Assembly (NCBI GenBank): GCA_031409655.1
Contig: JANNXQ010000076.1
Location: forward strand, 1 to 12,894
From: Chthoniobacteraceae bacterium
GTDB taxonomy: Bacteria > Verrucomicrobiota > Verrucomicrobiia > Chthoniobacterales > Chthoniobacteraceae
DNA: 12,894 nt
Reading direction: 5' to 3'
The notes beneath the pieces were generated by a model. It saw only the letters and a program-made list of their open reading frames with translations, had not been told where the DNA came from and did no database searches. The translations under genes and the position numbers were made by a program. This document shows, piece after piece, positions 8,044 to 12,894 of this stretch (positions are counted from its first letter, which is position 1; every line of letters begins with the position of its first letter).

Positions 8044-9878
8044 TGGTGGGTAAGTGCGGGCGTTTCGGCGGGATCAGAGGGGAGCGGCTGTCCGATGAAG
8101 GTCTCGTCCGTGAGGGTCCGCAGGAAGGCCACGAGCGCGGCCTTTTCCTCGGCGGTAAGGCCGAGTCCGGCCACCGGATGTTTCGCGAGATTGGGGTCCA
8201 GGGTCAGCGAGCGCTGCACGCCGTGATCGTAGTGCTCGATGACTTCCTCCAAGGTCGAAAAACGTCCGTCGTGCATGTAAGGGCCAGTCACGGCCACATT
8301 CCGAAGCGAGGGAACTTTGAAAAGATTCCGATCAATCTGGAGGTTAGTAACTTCCATGCGACCTAAGTCGTCCTCGCGCGGGATGAGTCCGTTGTTCGCG
8401 AATTGATTGTTCGTGAAAAGATTCCCGCCGTGGCAGTGGAAGCAATCCGCACCGCGCAATCCCATGCGCGGGTCGTGTTCGGTGATGAAAAGCTGCAAGC
8501 CGAGTTGTTCCTGCTCGGTCAGCGTCTCCACCCGGCGCGCGGCGCGGTCGAACTTCGAGTCTTGCGAGACGAGCGTGAGAACGAACTGTTCAAGCGCCAG
8601 CCCGATCCGCGCCGGTGTGATATTCTCCGCATCCCCTGCCCGGCCAAAGGCCGCGGCAAATAGCGCGGGATACGCCAAGTCGGCCGCCAGTTTGCCGACA
8701 ACGCGATCGAGCGTCTCATTCATCTCGAGTGGATCCTCGATGGGCACGAGGGCCTGCGCACGCAACGACGGCGACCGCCCATCCCAGAAAAATTCCTTCC
8801 CCCACGCCAGATTGAAGAGCGGCATCGCATGGCGACGACCCTTCTGTCCCTCCGCACCGAGGCTGATCCGCCGGACATCGGAGAAGGCCGCCGTGCGATC
8901 GTGGCACGAAGCGCAGGATTGGCTGTTATTGATCGAAAGCCGCGGATCGTGAAAGAGACGGCGGCCCAGTTCCACACCCTCCACGGTCAGCACGTTATCG
9001 GCGGGAAGCTTTACCTTGGGCAAACGCTGGGAGATCTCCAGGTGGTAAGGGGTCGTCGCCGTGCCTCTGACTTCCGGCGCCGCGCTCAGCGGGAGTTCTT
9101 GAAAGGTGTCCGTCTTCACCGCCCGCAACGAAAACGCGCCGGAAAGATTTGTCTTCAGGCGGGGCGCCAAGGGATCGCCGGGACGCGAGTGGGTGGAGTT
9201 GCCGTCCTTTTTGAAATCGATCCCCGCCAGGAGCTTCGCGGCATCCAGTGCGATCTGGAAAGTGAGCGGTCCGCCGCCCGTGAAACGCACGGGCAGTTCG
9301 ATCATCGTCGCGAACTCGTCATTCCCGAGATGATAGGAAAAGCCCGCCGTGCCGGATGGCGAATCCAGCCAACGCCCTTCGATGGCGAGAAAGATGTAGC
9401 CGTCCGCCCAGTTCCAATGCATCCCGCAGACTTCCGGATGGAGCGGATCATCTGGCGAACGCAAGTTGGGATCGGAGTGATTGGTCTCCTTATCCACCCC
9501 GACGCGGAAGCGGATCGCGCGGAACTCTTCTGCCGGCAAGCCGTCCGCGACGGCCGAGAGGCGCCCCTTTCCCGCACTCAGAAATGCCTGCCAGTCCCGG
9601 GCTTCCAACCACGACCCATCCACGCGCTGCAGCGCCAAACCAGAGACGAGCAGGTCGAGCCGGGAAATGGCGATCGCGCCATTCTTCGGGACTTGGATCT
9701 TCTCGTTCAAAGCGAGACGCGCTCCGCCGGCCGAAGGCTCCACCTGCAGGCGCATGACCTCAGCCGCAGAAGCCAGAGTGACCATGGCAAGAAATGGAAA
9801 CGAAAACCTACCGACGGCACTGAATACCCGTCTCACGGCCCACAAGAAGGTGCCAGCGACGGAGGGAAGTGAGTTCAT
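8040..9878 (-). CDS. MbnP-family copper-binding domain fused to MbnH-like di-heme cytochrome c peroxidase (MauG/CcP superfamily), secreted
   Basis: N-terminal domain has the MbnP signature GV..NHSDP....PL....MHWNWADGYIF (WxW at 9408-9416) and YHLG. C-terminal domain has VELGRRLFHDPRLS, CASCH (8901-8915), FWDGR, CFHCH (8430-8444) and FKVPSLRNVAVTGPYMHDGRFSTLEEVIEHY. ATG 9878 has GAGG 9 nt upstream; the hydrophobic leader ends LASAA. Confidence 0.9.
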   Translation of the reverse strand: MNSLPSVAGTFLWAVRRVFSAVGRFSFPFLAMVTLASAAEVMRLQVEPSAGGARLALNEKIQVPKNGAIAISRLDLLVSGLALQRVDGSWLEARDWQAFLSAGKGRLSAVADGLPAEEFRAIRFRVGVDKETNHSDPNLRSPDDPLHPEVCGMHWNWADGYIFLAIEGRWLDSPSGTAGFSYHLGNDEFATMIELPVRFTGGGPLTFQIALDAAKLLAGIDFKKDGNSTHSRPGDPLAPRLKTNLSGAFSLRAVKTDTFQELPLSAAPEVRGTATTPYHLEISQRLPKVKLPADNVLTVEGVELGRRLFHDPRLSINNSQSCASCHDRTAAFSDVRRISLGAEGQKGRRHAMPLFNLAWGKEFFWDGRSPSLRAQALVPIEDPLEMNETLDRVVGKLAADLAYPALFAAAFGRAGDAENITPARIGLALEQFVLTLVSQDSKFDRAARRVETLTEQEQLGLQLFITEHDPRMGLRGADCFHCHGGNLFTNNQFANNGLIPREDDLGRMEVTNLQIDRNLFKVPSLRNVAVTGPYMHDGRFSTLEEVIEHYDHGVQRSLTLDPNLAKHPVAGLGLTAEEKAALVAFLRTLTDETFIGQPLPSDPAETPALTHQ

Positions 9879-10126
9879 TTTTTTGCGCCTCAAAAACGGG
9901 GTTAATTCAAAACGAGGCGCGATTTGGTAATCGCAAAAAGCGCCGTAAAGGTCAATTGAAAAATATGGAAATTATATGTTTATCCTGTGAGAGCAGACTG
10001 GCGTCCGCAAGTCGAGGGATGTCAGCGCCGCGGGAGGAGAGGGAAGACGGGTGGACGATAGGATTCAGCATACACATCTATAAACGATCCCTCGCGTCAG
10101 TAGTTGCCTCGGGATAAACTTTGCTG
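9879..10126. promoter_or_regulatory. divergent promoter region between the copper/oxidase operon and the lipoprotein/isomerase genes
   Basis: AT-rich patch at about 9950-9986; minus-strand TATAAT at 9976-9971; perfect palindrome GCGATT-TGGT-AATCGC at 9919-9934. Exact promoters cannot be resolved. Confidence 0.4.
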
Positions 10127-10282
10127 ATGCGCCACTTCCTCCTCCTCCTCCTGGTCAGTGTAGGATTCGGTTTCTCCGCCTGCCACTCGGCGCCCAAGTC
10201 CTCCGCGCGCATCTACGAAGGCGATGGCCCTTCGATCACTTTCGGGGAATCTCACGCCGGCGGCCCCCTGGATACCCGCTAA
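10127..10282 (+). CDS. small putative lipoprotein, 51 aa (MRHFLLLLLVSVGFGFSACHSAPKSSARIYEGDGPSITFGESHAGGPLDTR)
   Basis: Read by hand; shorter than any ORF in the provided track. Basic N-terminus, hydrophobic core, lipobox-like FSA-C19 and mostly G/C-ending codons. Fits the gap before ATG 10347. Confidence 0.75.
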   Translation: MRHFLLLLLVSVGFGFSACHSAPKSSARIYEGDGPSITFGESHAGGPLDTR

Positions 10283-10346
10283 GGAGACCCTGGGGAATGC
10301 GGTTGACCGGCGGGTGGCTCCCTTTTTGAATCCGCTCGCCGCATCC

Positions 10347-11438
10347 ATGGAAAACTCCCCCTCCCTCCTCCCCCGCCGTTCCTTCCTGCAAACGATCGCC
10401 GCCGCTGGTGCCGCGTCGCTCGCGGGCTCCGTCTTTGCCGCCGACGCGGTGAAAAAGATCAAGATCGGCATCGATAATTTCGCGGTGCGCGCGATGGGCT
10501 GGAAAGCGCCCCAGTTGCTGGACTTCGCGGCCTCTCTGAAGTGTGACACCCTCCTGATCTCCGACCTCGCGGCCTTGGAAACTCTGGACGAGGGCTACCT
10601 CCGTGAAGTGCGAGCCAAGGCCGACTCGCTCAGACTCGAAGTCTATCTTGGCTCCTGGAGCATCTGCCCCACCTCGGTGCGGTTCAAAAAGGATTGGGGC
10701 ACGGCCGAAGAGCATGTGCGCCTCGGTCTGCGCTGCGCAAAGACGCTGGGCTCGCCCGTTTTCCGCGTGATCCTCGGCGCCTCCGATGATCGGAAAAGCG
10801 AGGGCGGCATCCGCGCCCGAATCGCGGATACGGTGAAAGTGCTCAAGGCCTGCCGGCAGGACGCCCTCGACGCGGGGGTGAAGATCGCGGTCGAGAATCA
10901 CTCCGGCGACCTGCACTCGTGGGAGCTCGTGGATCTCATCGAAGCCGCCGGTCCGGATTTTGTCGGCGCCAACATCGACTCCGGCAACGCTGCCTGGACG
11001 CTCGAAGATCCACACGACGTCCTCGAGAATCTCGGCAAATACACGATCTGCTCCAGCCTGCGCGACGCCATGATCTGGGAGACGCCGGAGGGCGCGACGA
11101 TCCAATGGACGGCCGCCGGCGAAGGCCTCATCGACTGGCCGCGCTACCTCGCCCGCTGGCGGGCGCTCTGCCCGGCGACGCCGATCATCATCGAAACGAT
11201 CTCCGGCTTTGCCCGCAACTTTCCCTACAAGACCGACGACTTCTGGAAGCACTACGACAAGCGCCCCGCGGCGCTCGCAAACTTTGAAGCGCTGGCCAAG
11301 AAGGGCCACGCCATCGAGACCTTCAAACCCCCCGCGGGAGATGGAAAGAAGGCTGCCGAGCAGGAGTATCAGAAAGGCGAGATCACGCGCTCGATCCAAT
11401 TCCTCCGCGGGAAGCTCGGGCTCGGCGTCAGGGCTTAA
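10347..11438 (+). CDS. Tat-exported sugar phosphate isomerase/epimerase family protein (xylose isomerase-like/AP-endonuclease-2 TIM barrel)
   Basis: Twin-arginine leader PRRSFLQTIAAAGAASLAGSVFA directly after Met at 10347. Family motifs include AVENH, NIDSGN, GEGLIDW and IIIET. Confidence 0.88.
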   Translation: MENSPSLLPRRSFLQTIAAAGAASLAGSVFAADAVKKIKIGIDNFAVRAMGWKAPQLLDFAASLKCDTLLISDLAALETLDEGYLREVRAKADSLRLEVYLGSWSICPTSVRFKKDWGTAEEHVRLGLRCAKTLGSPVFRVILGASDDRKSEGGIRARIADTVKVLKACRQDALDAGVKIAVENHSGDLHSWELVDLIEAAGPDFVGANIDSGNAAWTLEDPHDVLENLGKYTICSSLRDAMIWETPEGATIQWTAAGEGLIDWPRYLARWRALCPATPIIIETISGFARNFPYKTDDFWKHYDKRPAALANFEALAKKGHAIETFKPPAGDGKKAAEQEYQKGEITRSIQFLRGKLGLGVRA

Positions 11439-11451
11439 GGAACGACAGAAA

Positions 11452-11492
11452 GCGGTAGCCTCCGCGTGGTTGCGATGCGGATGGCTAGCCGC
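11452..11492. terminator. imperfect GC-rich hairpin between convergent genes (possible terminator or single REP)
   Basis: GCGGTAGCCTCCGCGT (11452-11467) pairs with ATGCGGATGGCTAGCCGC (11475-11492) with two single-base bulges and one G-T pair. The minus strand continues TTTCTGTCGTT, a weak U-tract. Confidence 0.4.
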
Positions 11493-12610
11493 CGACTCCG
11501 AGTTCCTTCCCCATCGCACTCTCGCCCGTGAGTTCCTCGATCTCCTTCGCCAGTTCCTCCGCCTGCGTTTGCAGCGTCACCATCTCCTTCTCGATCGCTT
11601 CGACATGCCGGCGCGCCGTCTCGTCGAAAAACGCCGGGGTCTGCGTCGTCAGCCGGTGCAGTTCGTAATCGGGACTCTCCTTGAGCGCATTGTGCGCCTC
11701 CAGCACGCGGATCATTTCCAGCTCGATGCGCTCCCACAGCCGGCGCAGTTGCGCGATCTCGCGCTCCTCGCCGAAGTCGAGCACCGTCAAGCCTTGCCGC
11801 AGGATAAAACCGTCCGGGTCTTCCGCGATGTTCCGCAACGTGGCGAGGTCGCCGTGGTCATTCGCGTGATTACTGGCCGCGGTCAGCTTTTCGAAAGTCT
11901 CGTGCTTTTCCGGCGCGCCCGCCCGGTGGATGGCGTCGCTCCGCGCGCCATGCCAACCCCGCACGCGAAGCGCGACTCAAAAAATGATGGGCCTGCGGCG
12001 TTCTGGGCATGGCGCGACGGAGCGCCGCCATCCACCGCGCAAACAGGCACCTTTTCATCGCCTGCGCCTGCGCCTCTTCGATCGTGAAGCCCGCTTCCAG
12101 TTCCGCCAGCCGCGCCCGCGCCGCGTCCACCGGCACCCGCAGTCGCTGCAACTCCGGGTTCACGTAAAGCACCAGGTCCGTGCTCGCGATGGCCGCGGCA
12201 GCCGGGGCCCGCGCACACTCCCAGGCGACGAATAGCGAGGGTTCCGCCGCTTCCTCCAGACTCCGCAAATACCAGCGCCCCATCCTCGCGTTGCGGGCGT
12301 TGGCGGATTGCGCCAGCCACTCCACCCAGCGGCGCAATTCGGTATCGGTGCGCGCCTCCGCGATGGACCTTCCCTTGTGCTGCCCGAAGGCGATACGCGA
12401 CGGATACCATTCCTCGGCGGCATAGGCCGCAAGCTGCTCCCACGTCGCCAGCCCGCGCTGCTCCGCGATCGGGCGCAGCACCGTCGCGAAAAGATCGGCC
12501 ACCGTGCCGACATCGCCCAGCGCCGTGTGCGCGCCGCGTTCCGGCAGGCGGTAATACTGGCGCAGGGTTTGCCGCTTGCAGTTCCCGGCGGGCACCGGAT
12601 CGAGGAGCTG
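11485..12610 (-). pseudogene. degraded DEDDh 3'-5' exonuclease (DnaQ/ExoX-like) + coiled-coil/DnaJ-like gene; 5'-truncated and internally disrupted
   Basis: ExoIII motif GAHTALGD (H..D at 12529-12512) and an FGQHKGR motif are present. ExoI/II are absent and an in-frame TGA (12617-12619) lies just upstream of QLLDPVPAGNCK. The frame breaks at the 11924-12037 inverted repeat and resumes in another frame as PEKHETFEKLTAASNHANDHGDL, resembling J-domain helix III with no HPD. Confidence 0.7.
11924..12037. repeat. REP-doublet (REPIN/MITE-like) inverted-repeat element, 114 bp
   Basis: Left arm 11924-11954 and right arm 12006-12037 are reverse complements with one mismatch and one 1-nt indel. Each arm is GTGG followed by an ATGGCG...CGCCAT hairpin. 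An inner pair AACCCCGCA (11955-11963)/TGCGGCGTT (11994-12002) matches 8/9. Confidence 0.75.
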
Positions 12611-12642
12611 CGAAGATCAGCTTCTCCCGCGGAATGGGGCGT

Positions 12643-12894
12643 TCACGGTTCCTCAGCTTGGAAAGGAGAGGGCGTTTCGGCGGGGACTCCCCACATGTGA
12701 AGATCAATCGGCACAATCCCGTGAGGCGTCTTGACGAAGTTATCCTCCCTCGCATCCCCGATCCAGTATTCCACCTCGTTGTTGGGATCCTTCCTCTTCC
12801 AAAGCCAGCAGCTTCGCTTCACCGGTTCAAAACCCTCCCGCAGCAAAAATTCCTCCACTTCGCCCAGCGTGGGCGGTTCCCCCTCGACGAAACG
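12643..12894 (-). CDS. C-terminal fragment of a putative polyvalent-protein-type Ser/Thr/Tyr kinase domain (Kinase-PolyVal-like); 5' end outside window
   Basis: The frame is open to the window edge: RFVEGEPPTLGEVEEFLLREGF...WIGDAREDNFVKTPHGIVPIDL. It has a catalytic-loop-like DxxxxN and a downstream ID motif, as recalled for that family. Confidence 0.6.
   Translation of the reverse strand, partial: RFVEGEPPTLGEVEEFLLREGFEPVKRSCWLWKRKDPNNEVEYWIGDAREDNFVKTPHGIVPIDLHMWGVPAETPSPFQAEEP

Noticed and set aside
621..8226. Many alternative ORFs within the giant gene (e.g. 6874-7770, 4418-5011, 4648-5220)
   Set aside because: Shadow frames of a GC-rich CDS with continuous recognisable domains; they show no independent motifs.
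9819..9840. VRRVF as a Tat motif in the MbnPH leader
   Set aside because: Poor match to S/T-RRxFLK, and c-type cytochromes normally use Sec.
8829..9872. 347-aa plus-strand ORF
   Set aside because: Antisense shadow of the MbnP-MbnH fusion.
196..9878. Genomic island integrated at ssrA
   Set aside because: Such islands usually lie at the ssrA 3' end. This operon is on the 5' side, and no integrase or att duplication is visible.
8040..9878. Methanobactin biosynthetic cluster
   Set aside because: No mbnA, mbnB, mbnC or TonB-dependent receptor in the window; MbnP/H homologs also occur outside such clusters.
9879..9893. TTG start at 9893 for the fusion
   Set aside because: ATG at 9878 has a well-spaced GAGG, and the TTG extension overlaps that site.
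9925..9986. CueR/MerR-type promoter (minus TTGACCTT; plus TTGAAA-N19-TATCCT)
   Set aside because: The second half-site (AAGGT) of the dyad is absent and the spacer symmetry is weak.
10097..10549. 150-aa minus ORF with a poly-Glu run, and the 10224 start of the isomerase
   Set aside because: The poly-Glu is the antisense of the lipoprotein's Leu run. The Tat leader places the isomerase start at 10347.
12604..12624. Short stem GGAGCTG..CAGCTTC as kinase terminator
   Set aside because: Short, imperfect and without a U-tract on the minus strand.
10236..12755. Long ORFs 10236-11519 (-), 11209-12087 (+) and 11883-12755 (-)
   Set aside because: Antisense or off-frame shadows of the isomerase and the pseudogene, with low-information composition.
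1..12894. CRISPR array, tRNA, rRNA or transposase
   Set aside because: No regularly spaced direct repeats, cloverleaf, rRNA-like or transposase sequence was seen.

Overview
GC-rich bacterial window; gene style and the tmRNA tag suggest Verrucomicrobiota (inference). From left to right: (1) The 5' part of an ssrA/tmRNA gene on the minus strand, absent from the ORF track, with tag ANDYEDLALAA. (2) A translationally coupled two-gene minus-strand operon. It encodes an MbnP-MbnH-type fusion (WxW copper-binding domain plus di-heme peroxidase) and a 2589-aa secreted protein. The large protein joins an intact galactose-oxidase-like copper radical oxidase, an L-type lectin, Ig/PKD domains, a YVTN beta-propeller, a second di-heme peroxidase-like domain and four PA14 domains. 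(3) Divergently, an unlisted 51-aa lipoprotein and a Tat-exported sugar-phosphate isomerase/epimerase. (4) A decayed DEDDh exonuclease/DnaJ-like gene interrupted by a REP-doublet-like inverted repeat. (5) The 3' end of a polyvalent-protein-type kinase gene. The best candidate for an undescribed system is the operon coupling copper handling (MbnPH) to a glycan-targeted oxidase-peroxidase fusion. Domain calls are by eye from motifs; no database searches were run.
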